Positions 13,579-22,657 of a stretch of 24,000 bases of DNA are shown here, piece after piece. This stretch comes from Acidianus ambivalens (GTDB lineage Archaea; Thermoproteota; Thermoprotei_A; Sulfolobales; Sulfolobaceae). The stretch spans positions 19,417 through 43,416 of the forward strand of contig NZ_CP045482.1 of NCBI RefSeq assembly GCF_009729015.1. The letters are read 5' to 3'. The number at the start of each line of letters is the position of its first letter. Within the stretch, counting starts at the first letter, position 1. Below the pieces are notes generated by a model, which saw only the letters and a list, made by a program, of their open reading frames with translations, did no database searches and was not told the origin of the DNA. Both the position numbers and the translations under genes were made by a program.

Positions 13579-15704
13579 TATAGATCATCTGGTTTAATTG
13601 GTATTTTATATATTCTCTTTCCTAAACAATTTTCTACTGCATTAACTATTACTGGAGTAGAAACCACTGCCCCTGCTTCTCCTACTCCTTTACTTCCAGT
13701 AGGATGGTTAGATAATCCTCTTTCTATATAAGTCCATGTATACCTAGGGCTTTCTACAGCAGTAGGGAATACATAATCGTTTAGGTTAGAGTTTACCAAA
13801 TTTCCTTGAGAATCTATTATTGCTTCTTCGTAAAGTGCTTGCGCTATACCTTGCATTACCCCGCCATGGATTTGTCCTTCCGCTGTTAATGGGTTAATTA
13901 CTTTTCCTATATCATCTATAGCGACGTATTTCTTGACTTTAATCTTGCCCAGCTCTTTGTCAACGCTTACTAGTGCCATATGAACTCCGTAAGGAGTTGT
14001 TGGCTTACTTACAGGGTAAACGTAAGTTACGTCTAAGCTTATTCCATTCTTATATGCAAATGAAATAACTTCTGATAAGCTAGCAGATTTTCCTGTCTTC
14101 TTATTAGTGAATTTTCCTTCAGAATATTCAATCTCTTCAACGTCGGCTTGTAGCATTTTAGCTGCAGCTTCAATTAGTCTCCTCTTTAATTCCTCTGAAG
14201 CCTTAAGCATTGCAGAACCTCCAACTGTAATTGTCCTACTACCCCAAGTCCCTATTCCGTCCTCTATTATGTCAGTATCTCCCCATCTTACCTCGACATT
14301 TTCTATTGGAATTTGCAAGGTTTCTGCAACTATTTGTGCAAACCCTGTAGCATCACCTTGCCCATGAGGACCAGAGCCCGTTATTGCTATTATTTTACCG
14401 TCAGACTTAGCAAATACTCTAGCTACTTCCCAAGGTCCGAAGGCAGTTATTTCTACATACATCGCAAGTCCTACACACTCATCTTTTCCGGCCTCTGATT
14501 TTAATTCGTTATAATATTCTCTTGATTTGTTTAGAATTTCAACATAATTCCCAGTATCATAAGTTATTCCGAATGCGCTTTCATAGGGCATTTCCTCTGG
14601 TCTTATAACGTTCTTTAATCTAATATCTATAGGATCCATGTTTAGTTCATTGGCTATCATATTTACTATTCTCTCTATAAAGTAAGTAGCCTCTGGTCTT
14701 CCTGCGCCTCTATAAGAAGTTGTGGGAACCTTATTTGTGTGAACCGCATAAGATGTTATTAACGCATCCCTTATTTTGTAAGGCCCAAGAATCATTCTAG
14801 AAGTGCTAAGTACATTTCCAGACTCATCGTCGTTTGCATCTGCATAAGGAGCTCCAAGATCTCCTATTATTGTACCAACTAGTGCTGTTATTTTACCATC
14901 CCTAGTGAATCCAACCTTAAATTTGAACCTTTTATCTCTACTATGGCCAGCACTTATCATCTCTTCAGTCCTAGTAGGAACCCATTTTAGCGGAACGCCT
15001 AATTTCATTGCTAATTTAGCTACCGCATATTGCTCTGGATGGGTAATTATTTTGCTCCCAAAAGCTCCTCCAACATCCGGTTGAATTACTCTTATATTAG
15101 TGAATCCCAGAAATTCAACTAAATTTCTCCTCATAAAGTGGGCTGATTGAGTTGAAGCCCAAACGTTAAGCCTCTGTCCATCAAAATAAGCTAAAATTCC
15201 CCTAGGTTCAAGTGGCGAAGCTATAACTCTTTGGTTGATTAATTCTCCTTCTAAGGTTAAAGATTCGGAAAGAACCTTTTCAGGATTTCCTGAAGAGAAG
15301 GTTTTTTGGAAATAGATGTTTGACTTAAGTCCAGAGTAAACTTTCACTTCATCTTTTATTGCCTCAGTAGGATCTAGGACATAAGGTAAATCCTCGTATT
15401 CAACCTCTATACTTTCTAATAAATCGTAAGCCTCATATCTATCCTTTGCGATTATTGCAGCTATAGGCTGACCTACGTAAGTAGTTTCTTTACTGGCAAT
15501 TGGAAAGTCTTTTCCAGGATTTATGTCATCTCCAGTAAATACGTTATCAGTTTTTTTAACGTGAATTTTAGCGTGAGGCTTTGTAGATCTAAGGAACGCT
15601 ACGAACATCTCTCCAGGTAATTTAATATCATCAACATACGAACCTTTTCCTGAAATTAATCTAGGATCTTCTATTCTCCTTATTGGTTTTCCTATATATT
15701 GCAT
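13578..15704 (-). CDS. Xanthine dehydrogenase/aldehyde oxidase-family molybdopterin-binding large subunit (form II CoxL/CutA-like)
   Basis: 708 aa. The N-terminal a/b-hammerhead begins IGKPIRRIEDPRLISGKGSYVDD. The active-site loop is SYRGAGRPEA (the AYRGAGR type, not the form I VAYRCSFR type). GGAFGSK and the C-terminal GVGEAG motif are present. Confidence 0.9.
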   Translation of the reverse strand: MQYIGKPIRRIEDPRLISGKGSYVDDIKLPGEMFVAFLRSTKPHAKIHVKKTDNVFTGDDINPGKDFPIASKETTYVGQPIAAIIAKDRYEAYDLLESIEVEYEDLPYVLDPTEAIKDEVKVYSGLKSNIYFQKTFSSGNPEKVLSESLTLEGELINQRVIASPLEPRGILAYFDGQRLNVWASTQSAHFMRRNLVEFLGFTNIRVIQPDVGGAFGSKIITHPEQYAVAKLAMKLGVPLKWVPTRTEEMISAGHSRDKRFKFKVGFTRDGKITALVGTIIGDLGAPYADANDDESGNVLSTSRMILGPYKIRDALITSYAVHTNKVPTTSYRGAGRPEATYFIERIVNMIANELNMDPIDIRLKNVIRPEEMPYESAFGITYDTGNYVEILNKSREYYNELKSEAGKDECVGLAMYVEITAFGPWEVARVFAKSDGKIIAITGSGPHGQGDATGFAQIVAETLQIPIENVEVRWGDTDIIEDGIGTWGSRTITVGGSAMLKASEELKRRLIEAAAKMLQADVEEIEYSEGKFTNKKTGKSASLSEVISFAYKNGISLDVTYVYPVSKPTTPYGVHMALVSVDKELGKIKVKKYVAIDDIGKVINPLTAEGQIHGGVMQGIAQALYEEAIIDSQGNLVNSNLNDYVFPTAVESPRYTWTYIERGLSNHPTGSKGVGEAGAVVSTPVIVNAVENCLGKRIYKIPIKPDDL

Positions 15705-15726
15705 AAATAGTAATAGAAGAGGTAGT

Positions 15727-16266
15727 TTATATCTTCTTTATTCTCACAGAAGAAGGAGGATGAGTTGAAAATATGCTCGATTTATTTTCTCCATATTTCA
15801 TTATTAAATTCATTAATGACCCTTTACCAACTAACTGAGAAGCGTATTTATCTGCTTGTATTTCAAATTTTCTTGAGATAAACCTCTGAATTAAAACTAT
15901 CGAAATACCTGAGATAATGAATAGAAATAAGGAAAATTCAGCAGTATAGAAAAATAATAGGACTAAGAGGTTTACTAATATTAACATCTTTAAATGATGA
16001 TGAAGTTTTATATGTCCCATTTCATGAGCTATCATAGCGTCTAGCTCGTCTTTTGGTAAGTTTAGGCTAGCTGAGGTTACAAGAATTTTACCAGTTATTA
16101 CTGAGAAGGCATTAACTCTGGCATCTTCCTTAACCTTGAGCTCAATTTGTTTTCCAAGAAAATCATATTTTATTGATTTAAACTTCTTAACTAGAATTAT
16201 AGAGACCGCAAAGTAAACAACGTTTATTGCTAATAGAGAGAGTAATCCGAAAATAATTATTTGCAT
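15727..16266 (-). CDS. Small M48-family zinc metallopeptidase (179 aa, membrane-anchored)
   Basis: An N-terminal TM helix, an HEMGH zinc motif (AHEMGHIKLHH), a further TM segment, and a downstream EIQADKYA motif (the third zinc-ligand region of M48). Confidence 0.7.
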   Translation of the reverse strand: MQIIIFGLLSLLAINVVYFAVSIILVKKFKSIKYDFLGKQIELKVKEDARVNAFSVITGKILVTSASLNLPKDELDAMIAHEMGHIKLHHHLKMLILVNLLVLLFFYTAEFSLFLFIISGISIVLIQRFISRKFEIQADKYASQLVGKGSLMNLIMKYGENKSSIFSTHPPSSVRIKKI

Positions 16267-16326
16267 AAAGGTATTTAAGATGTATTACTATAAATATATT
16301 TGCCTTAAAGCCGAAAGTAAACTTTT

Positions 16327-16334
16327 CTTATAAG
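16327..16334 (+). promoter_or_regulatory. Candidate TATA box for the dehydrogenase gene
   Basis: CTTATAAG is centred about 26 nt upstream of the ATG at 16357. A second A/T box (TATAAAAT, 16347-16354) is too close to the ATG to serve that role. Confidence 0.3.
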
Positions 16335-16356
16335 CTAGGCGTTCAACTATAAAATA

Positions 16357-17373
16357 ATGAAAGCAATAATCCTTGAAAACGGAAGGCCAGTATTGAAAGA
16401 AGTACCAATTCCTAAGCTTAACCCAGGAGACGTTTTAGTTAAGATGAAAGCATGCGGTCTATGCGGAACCGACGTAGAAAAGATATGTGGGCAATATACT
16501 GCTTCTCAACCAATTCTAGGTCACGAACCAGCGGGTATAATAGCAGAATCAACAGTAGACTGGTTAAAGGAAGGTGATAGAGTTTTTGCTCATCATCATG
16601 TTCCCGACTATGAATGTTATTACTGTAAAAAAGGAAGTCCGACAATGTGCCCTTATTATAGGAAAACAAATCTAGATCCAGGAGGATTTGCAGAGTATTT
16701 CAGGGTGCCTGCGTGGAACGTAAGCAGGGGAGGAATACTAAAATTACCAGATAACGTATCATTTGAGGAGGGTTCTTTCATAGAGCCTTTAGCAACTGTT
16801 ATAAGAGCACAGAGGAGGGTCTTCATAGATAAAGACGATTATGTCCTTGTAGTAGGAGCCGGACCTATGGGTCTATTGCACGTAATGATGGCTAAAGTAA
16901 ACGGTGCAGGAAAAGTTTACGTATCCGACATTTCCGACTTTCGCAATGAGTATGCAAGAAAAGTAGGTGCGGATGAGGCATTTAATCCAAAAGTTGTTAA
17001 AGTTGAAGACGAAGTAAAGAAGCTCACTGACGGCAGAGGAGTTGATGTTGCAATAATTGCCTCTGGTGCTCCTTCTGCAATTTTAACGGCATTATATTCC
17101 GTAAGAAAAGGAGGCAGAGTATTACTTTTTGGCGTTCCTTATAAAGGAACTATACTAAACTATGATATAAGCAATCTTCTAAATAATGAAATCTCAATAA
17201 TTTCCAGTAATGCTGCAGTTGAGGAAGATACTAGAGAGGCGTTGAAAATAATATCTGAAAAGAAAATTGATGTAATGAAGCTAGTTACTCACAAATTTAG
17301 ACTAGAAGAATTCAACGAGGCCGTAAGGATAGCTAAAGAGGGCAAGGCCATAAAGGCTATAATATATGATTGA
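16357..17373 (+). CDS. Zinc-dependent medium-chain dehydrogenase/reductase (L-threonine 3-dehydrogenase/alcohol dehydrogenase-like)
   Basis: Catalytic zinc ligands are C33...GHEPAGII. The structural-zinc cysteine cluster is CYYCKKGSPTMC. The Rossmann motif is VVGAGPMGL. Confidence 0.9.
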   Translation: MKAIILENGRPVLKEVPIPKLNPGDVLVKMKACGLCGTDVEKICGQYTASQPILGHEPAGIIAESTVDWLKEGDRVFAHHHVPDYECYYCKKGSPTMCPYYRKTNLDPGGFAEYFRVPAWNVSRGGILKLPDNVSFEEGSFIEPLATVIRAQRRVFIDKDDYVLVVGAGPMGLLHVMMAKVNGAGKVYVSDISDFRNEYARKVGADEAFNPKVVKVEDEVKKLTDGRGVDVAIIASGAPSAILTALYSVRKGGRVLLFGVPYKGTILNYDISNLLNNEISIISSNAAVEEDTREALKIISEKKIDVMKLVTHKFRLEEFNEAVRIAKEGKAIKAIIYD

Positions 17374-18219
17374 AAGCAAGATGAGAAAGAGGAACAAAGT
17401 GAGTTTGAACAATTTAAGAGATTTTTCAATCTCTTCTTTCCCTGGCAATTTACCTTCTCCTACGGTATAATATCCCTTTTTCTCTAGCTTTACTCCTAGT
17501 AAAGCTGATGCTATGCAAATGGGGTATCTTGCATTAATACTCTCTATTTGTGTATTTTTCAAAAATCTAAAAGGATTGCCTTCTTTAATTCCCAAAATTT
17601 TGCCTGCAATTACCATTAATAGCCCTGTGAGCCTTGCAGGAATATAATTCATAATTGTGTCAACTTTCGCAGAGAAATATCCTTCCTTATAAAGTTCCTT
17701 TGTTTTGTAGCCAACCATGCTATCCATGGTATTAGCCAACCTTTGCAACATTGCCCCAGGTAAACCAAGGATCAAAAACCAAAATAAAGGAGAGATTATA
17801 CCATCTACAAGGCTTTCGAATAGCGATTCTATAGCGGCTGAGGCTATGTGCCCTTTATCTGCAGTTGATAAGTCCCTTCTGACAATTTGTTGAACTAAAT
17901 TTCTAGCTCTCTCATCAAGTTCCCTAGACTTGCTAACAATGCTATACAACATCTTTATGGAGAAAGTAGTCTTAAGAAATAATGCCATCAAGATTAGTTT
18001 AATTGGAATTATTGGAATATATAGAGGAAGAATGGAGAAAACGATTTCTACCGGGATTACAGATATAAGCCAAATTAAGATCCCGTAACCATATCCTTTA
18101 TATGGCTTTATTAGTTTTTCAGAGATTTTACCAGTATATACAACTGGATGAATATAAATTGGCGGTTCTCCAAAGAGTAAATCTATTGCTAATGCTAAAA
18201 AGAGAATAGGAAGCAACAA
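17302..18219 (-). CDS. cbiB: Adenosylcobinamide-phosphate synthase CbiB/CobD (membrane protein)
   Basis: The N-terminus LALAIDLLFGEPPIYIHPVV matches the CbiB signature. The protein is polytopic. Its last 24 codons overlap the convergent dehydrogenase gene. Confidence 0.85.
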   Translation of the reverse strand: MLLPILFLALAIDLLFGEPPIYIHPVVYTGKISEKLIKPYKGYGYGILIWLISVIPVEIVFSILPLYIPIIPIKLILMALFLKTTFSIKMLYSIVSKSRELDERARNLVQQIVRRDLSTADKGHIASAAIESLFESLVDGIISPLFWFLILGLPGAMLQRLANTMDSMVGYKTKELYKEGYFSAKVDTIMNYIPARLTGLLMVIAGKILGIKEGNPFRFLKNTQIESINARYPICIASALLGVKLEKKGYYTVGEGKLPGKEEIEKSLKLFKLTLFLFLILLSIIYYSLYGLALFSYPYGLVEFF

Positions 18220-18222
18220 GAG

Positions 18223-18957
18223 TTAAAAGATGAGAAAAGAAAAAAGTCTTTCCGCAATCAAGAATAAAGGAAAGGATATAGTTATTATAGCGCCAGTTAA
18301 GTCTCCAGAAGAACCTCTCAAGACTTTCTTGCCCATCTCATAAAATATGAGAAAGAGAGTAAAAAATATAATAACTGAGAACGGATAAAAGAACAAAAAT
18401 GGTATTCCCTCAGCAATTATTATAACCCACTTATCTTTCAATTTATCATGAAACAATTTGCCAAGGTAACTCGATTCCATGGGCTCTAATATTGAAAGGA
18501 TTAAAATTCCAAGGTCTCTGGAAAGAACTTCAGCTGAAATCAAAATTAAAAAGGCGTCAATAGAAGGGTAAGGAAATCCGCATAAAGAAATAAGAAAAAG
18601 GGAAAAGTATACAATTGCCAAACCTATTCCTCCGCTTCCTACGGCAACGTCCTTTAATGCCTTTAATTTTCTTTCGTAATCACCTTTTATCATTATTGCG
18701 TCTCCTAAATCGAGTAGTCCATCAAGATGATTAAATCCTCTTATAACTTCTACAATTATGATGATTACAAACCTTGAAGAGTAACCTAGTATATGGAAGA
18801 GAGAAAAATAAGATACAAAATCTATTACTCCCGTTATTACCCCTATAAAAATTGGCGAAATAAAGCTGTATTCCGCAATTTCTTCAAGGCTTGCGCTAAC
18901 TGAAGGTATAATTGTAAAGAAAGACAATTGCGAAAGAACGCCTTTTAAAGCTTTCAT
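18223..18957 (-). CDS. cobS: Adenosylcobinamide-GDP ribazoletransferase (cobalamin synthase) CobS
   Basis: The N-terminus reads LSQLSFFTIIP, and NHLDGLLDLGD is the CobS Asp-rich motif. The protein is a polytopic membrane protein of the expected size, about 245 aa. Confidence 0.85.
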   Translation of the reverse strand: MKALKGVLSQLSFFTIIPSVSASLEEIAEYSFISPIFIGVITGVIDFVSYFSLFHILGYSSRFVIIIIVEVIRGFNHLDGLLDLGDAIMIKGDYERKLKALKDVAVGSGGIGLAIVYFSLFLISLCGFPYPSIDAFLILISAEVLSRDLGILILSILEPMESSYLGKLFHDKLKDKWVIIIAEGIPFLFFYPFSVIIFFTLFLIFYEMGKKVLRGSSGDLTGAIITISFPLFLIAERLFSFLIF

Positions 18958-18972
18958 CGCTCTAAAATATCT

Positions 18973-20364
18973 GTGGCAATTATAATTTCTTCAACAATGA
19001 GCGACTCAGGAAAATCGTTTGTAACTGCAGGACTTGTTAGGCTCTTAGGAGGAATACCTTTTAAATCCCAAAATATGTCATTAAATTCATTTCCTTCAGA
19101 AGAAGGAGGAGAAATTGCATTTATACAAGCTTTTCAAGCAATTGGGGCGGGCTTAAAGCCCAGTAGTTACATGAATCCAATACTTCTAAAGCCTTCTAGC
19201 TCTGGTAAGATTGAGGTAATATTTTTCGGAAAATCTCTGGGAAATCTAAGACCAGAAGAGTATTACAATATGATACCCAGCTTTTGGGACAAAATTAAGA
19301 ATAGCATAAAGGAAAATTATGTTATAGAGGCAGCAGGAGGAATAGAACCAAATTTTATGGAAAGAGATTTAACAGCCTTCCTACCTATGAAGGAAGGGAT
19401 TCCTTCAATCCTTGTTTTAGATATAGATAGAGGTGGAGCATTTTCTTCAGCTTACGGAGTTTATCAAATGTTACCTCCGTCGATTAGAAATTCACTCAAG
19501 GGATTTATAATTAATAAATTTAGAGGCTCTCCTTCTCTTCTAGAAAATGCAATAAAATGGTTAACAGAGAGAACTGGAATGAAGTTTTTAGGCACAATAC
19601 CTTATTTTGACGAGGAATTGATTCTTCCGGAAGACTCCATGAACATTAAGGATTTTGGAGAAGGGAGTGAAGTAAATATTGCTATAATAAATTATCCATA
19701 TATAAGTAATTTTAATGAATTTTTTGCGTTGCTAAAGTCAAATGCCTCAGTTAGATTTGTTAATAATCCAAAGAAACTAAGAAAAGACGATATCTTGATT
19801 CTTCCAGGGAGTAGGAATACTTACGAATCTTTAGTTTGGTTAAAGGAGAGAGGCTTTCTAGAAGAAATAAGGAAAAGACAAGTATTAGGTGTATGTGGAG
19901 GATTCCAAATAATGGGTAAGAAGCTTATCGATCCTTTTGGAATAGAGAGCGGAGAACCAAGAGAATACGACGGCTTAGGAATATTTGACTTTGTAGTAAA
20001 ATTTGAGGAGGAAAAAGTTGTATCAGCAAGTGAAGGTTTATTACAAGATGGAAGTATAATAAAAGGCTACGAGATAAGGAGAGGAAGAATAATATATGAA
20101 GGAAATGATAAACCGCTATTGACAATAGTAAGGAGAAATGGCAAAGAGGTAGATGTCGCAGACGGTTCTTTGAAGGGAGATAAGTTGGGATTAAGCATTC
20201 ATGGTTCTTTATATAGTAAAAATTTGTTGGAAAACTTTGGAGTAAAGATTTACTCTAGATCGATGGAAGAAGAGATAGTTTATATGGCGGAAAAAATTGA
20301 GAAGATTATTAAGCAAAACGTGGATATTGATGAAATTAAAGAAATATATACTCAAGGAAAATAG
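18973..20364 (+). CDS. cobQ: Cobyric acid synthase CobQ/CbiP
   Basis: The start codon is GTG. The N-terminal P-loop-like motif is STMSDSGKSFVTAGL. The C-terminal type-1 GATase domain has a nucleophile elbow (GVCGGFQIMG) and an H..E pair region. Confidence 0.9.
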   Translation: MAIIISSTMSDSGKSFVTAGLVRLLGGIPFKSQNMSLNSFPSEEGGEIAFIQAFQAIGAGLKPSSYMNPILLKPSSSGKIEVIFFGKSLGNLRPEEYYNMIPSFWDKIKNSIKENYVIEAAGGIEPNFMERDLTAFLPMKEGIPSILVLDIDRGGAFSSAYGVYQMLPPSIRNSLKGFIINKFRGSPSLLENAIKWLTERTGMKFLGTIPYFDEELILPEDSMNIKDFGEGSEVNIAIINYPYISNFNEFFALLKSNASVRFVNNPKKLRKDDILILPGSRNTYESLVWLKERGFLEEIRKRQVLGVCGGFQIMGKKLIDPFGIESGEPREYDGLGIFDFVVKFEEEKVVSASEGLLQDGSIIKGYEIRRGRIIYEGNDKPLLTIVRRNGKEVDVADGSLKGDKLGLSIHGSLYSKNLLENFGVKIYSRSMEEEIVYMAEKIEKIIKQNVDIDEIKEIYTQGK

Positions 20365-20370
20365 TTACAT

Positions 20371-21486
20371 GTGTTTAATCCAGAAAGTTTCATTGAGGAA
20401 GTAAAGCCCCAAATATTAAAGGAAGTAAGAGAAGAGAAAATTTTAGCCGCAATTAGTGGTGGTGTAGATAGCACAACTGCTGCAGTATTAATGTATAAAA
20501 TTTTGGGGAAACAGCTTCTTCCAATCATGATAGATACCGGCTTTCTTAGGAAAAATGAAGCAAGGAAAGTTAAAGATATGCTTAAAGATATTTTACCCCT
20601 GCAGGTAGTTGATAAAAGTGAAGAATTCATTTCAGCACTTGAAGGAATTTCTGATGCTGAAGAAAAGAGGAAGAAATTTAGAGATTTATTTTACTCTACT
20701 CTTTCAGCAATAGCAAAAGAAAATGGAATAAGATATCTCGTACAAGGTACAATAGCCGCAGATTGGGTTGAAACTCAAGGAGGGATAAAAACTCAGCATA
20801 ACGTTTTAGTTCAACTGGGAATTGACACAGAAAAAACTTGGGGATTTAAGGTAATAGAACCTTTAGCAGACCTTTATAAGGATGAAGTAAGAGCGCTTGC
20901 AAAATATTTAGGTTTACCTAAAGAAATATCTGAAAGGCAACCTTTTCCTGGGCCAGGATTGTTAATAAGAGTAGTAGGAAAACTTACTAGAGAAAAATTA
21001 GAAATAGAGAGAGAAGTTAATGAAATTGTAGAGAACGAATTAAAAGATTTTGGTTACTCTCAATATTTTTCAGTAATCATTGACTCTCAAAAGTCCTTAG
21101 ATGACTTAATATCAAGTGAGGTTAAAGTTCCGGTTTACGTTTATAATACGAGAGCTACTGGAGTCAAAGGCGATGTTAGGAGCTACGGTAAAATAGCTTC
21201 CATTCCTTTAATTGATGATTATGAAAAAGTTAGAGAAATTGTGCAAAAAATTACAAAATATGACGTAACTCACGTAGAGATGATAATAAATGATAGAAAA
21301 GACGGTAAATATTCTATAGGAATTAGGGCAGTTTTAACTCAAGATTTTATGACTGCAGATTTCGCTAAGATCGAGTTATCTAAACTTCAGAAAATTGCAG
21401 AAAAAATTATGGAGATTAACAAGGAAATTAAAGAAGTATTATACGACGTTACTTCCAAGCCTCCAGCAACTATCGAATATGAATAA
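20371..21486 (+). CDS. guaA: GMP synthase (glutamine-hydrolysing) subunit B, the ATP-pyrophosphatase subunit
   Basis: The start codon is GTG. The PP-loop is [12 protein letters not shown]. Other matches are LVQGTI..D and the C-terminal signature KPPATIEYE. No GATase domain is present in this ORF. Confidence 0.9.
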   Translation: MFNPESFIEEVKPQILKEVREEKILAAISGGVDSTTAAVLMYKILGKQLLPIMIDTGFLRKNEARKVKDMLKDILPLQVVDKSEEFISALEGISDAEEKRKKFRDLFYSTLSAIAKENGIRYLVQGTIAADWVETQGGIKTQHNVLVQLGIDTEKTWGFKVIEPLADLYKDEVRALAKYLGLPKEISERQPFPGPGLLIRVVGKLTREKLEIEREVNEIVENELKDFGYSQYFSVIIDSQKSLDDLISSEVKVPVYVYNTRATGVKGDVRSYGKIASIPLIDDYEKVREIVQKITKYDVTHVEMIINDRKDGKYSIGIRAVLTQDFMTADFAKIELSKLQKIAEKIMEINKEIKEVLYDVTSKPPATIEYE

Positions 21487-21522
21487 AAATTTTTAAATTA
21501 GAGAAAAGAGATATATTTCTTA

Positions 21523-22515
21523 TTAATGAGAATATTTTAGCTTTTCTAAGAGTTGTATCCTTTTTGCGGGATGTGGATGGTCGCTGAAAAAGTCCGCATA
21601 CCAAGGTACTTTTTCGCGTTTCCAATATTCTATAAGCTCGTCAACATTATTTTCTGGGATATCTTCTTGAACTTCAGTAGGGGCAAAGAATAACATGTTG
21701 ACTATATTATTATTGTGCTTTCTCCTATACCTTTCTATTGTTTCTGGATCTACAGATAGCGTTATCTTAGCCAAGGCCCTTTGCAAGTTCTCTGCTCCGC
21801 CTGGTACAGTTTCAGCTGAATTTACATCTGCATAAGCTTCTCTCATTCTATTTAGATGGAGAAGGAAGAACTGGAATATGTAGCTTACGGCTAATAAGGC
21901 TATGCCTACTAACCATAAGCTCCCCGCATTATTGTTTCTCCCTTCTCCTTCACCGCCTAGCATCCCGCTCCACATTAACGAATAGCCTATCCAAAATATG
22001 AGTGCAGGAATTAAACCTATTGCCATTAGCAGTTCTACGTCTTTATGTCTTAAATGACCTAACTCGTGACCTAATACGGCTTTTATTTCTTCTTTGTTTA
22101 GTATCTTCAATAGCGGCAAAGTTATTGCAACTCTTCTTCCTGCAATAGGACTTCCATAAGCAAATGCGTTAGGGAATGGTACGTCAGCTATGTATACCTT
22201 AGGAGGTGGTGAAATTTTATTATAATACGCAACTTCATTAACAACGTCTACTAACCATCCGTACTTTGGATCATTTGGTGTTACCTCTACGGCTTTGTAC
22301 ATTGCATTTATTAAGTATGGTCCAAATAGCCACTGTATGATATTTAATGCTATCAAGAAGCTAAGTATTCCTATAATTATAGCTGGTGCGAAGCTCATCC
22401 CATAAAAGTAACTAACTACTGCAAAAACTAATGCAAAACCTAGTAAAAAGATTCCTAAACTAGTAAGGATCATTCCAAGTCTAAGTTTTAAGACTGTTAA
22501 GTTCATACTTATCAA
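21523..22515 (-). CDS. htpX: HtpX-like M48 membrane zinc protease
   Basis: Two N-terminal TM helices, the HELGH motif (GHELGHLRHKD), two further TM helices, and EAYAD as the third-ligand motif. The TTG start at 22515 is from the track. An in-frame ATG at 22506 is an alternative. Confidence 0.85.
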   Translation of the reverse strand: MISMNLTVLKLRLGMILTSLGIFLLGFALVFAVVSYFYGMSFAPAIIIGILSFLIALNIIQWLFGPYLINAMYKAVEVTPNDPKYGWLVDVVNEVAYYNKISPPPKVYIADVPFPNAFAYGSPIAGRRVAITLPLLKILNKEEIKAVLGHELGHLRHKDVELLMAIGLIPALIFWIGYSLMWSGMLGGEGEGRNNNAGSLWLVGIALLAVSYIFQFFLLHLNRMREAYADVNSAETVPGGAENLQRALAKITLSVDPETIERYRRKHNNNIVNMLFFAPTEVQEDIPENNVDELIEYWKREKVPWYADFFSDHPHPAKRIQLLEKLKYSH

Positions 22516-22657
22516 ATCTTCATCTTATTTATGGGGATTATAAAGATTATTCAAAATCTGGACAATAAAATAAAGCAATAAGCTATCATTATCCTTGTAA
22601 TTCCTAGTTTATCATATCTTTCTAAAATCTTTTATTTATGAACTAGAATATATTACT

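Noticed and set aside
13026-14498. Track ORFs 13026..13214, 13175..13393, 14107..14367 and 14313..14498 (+)
   Set aside because: They are antisense to the DPM1-like, PUA and molybdopterin-subunit genes, all of which have clear family motifs.
16439-16669. Track ORF 16439..16669 (-)
   Set aside because: It is antisense to the zinc-binding region of the dehydrogenase gene.
19925-20630. Track ORFs 19925..20125 (-) and 20352..20630 (-)
   Set aside because: They are antisense to cobQ and guaA-B, and their composition is L/S/F-rich and shadow-like.
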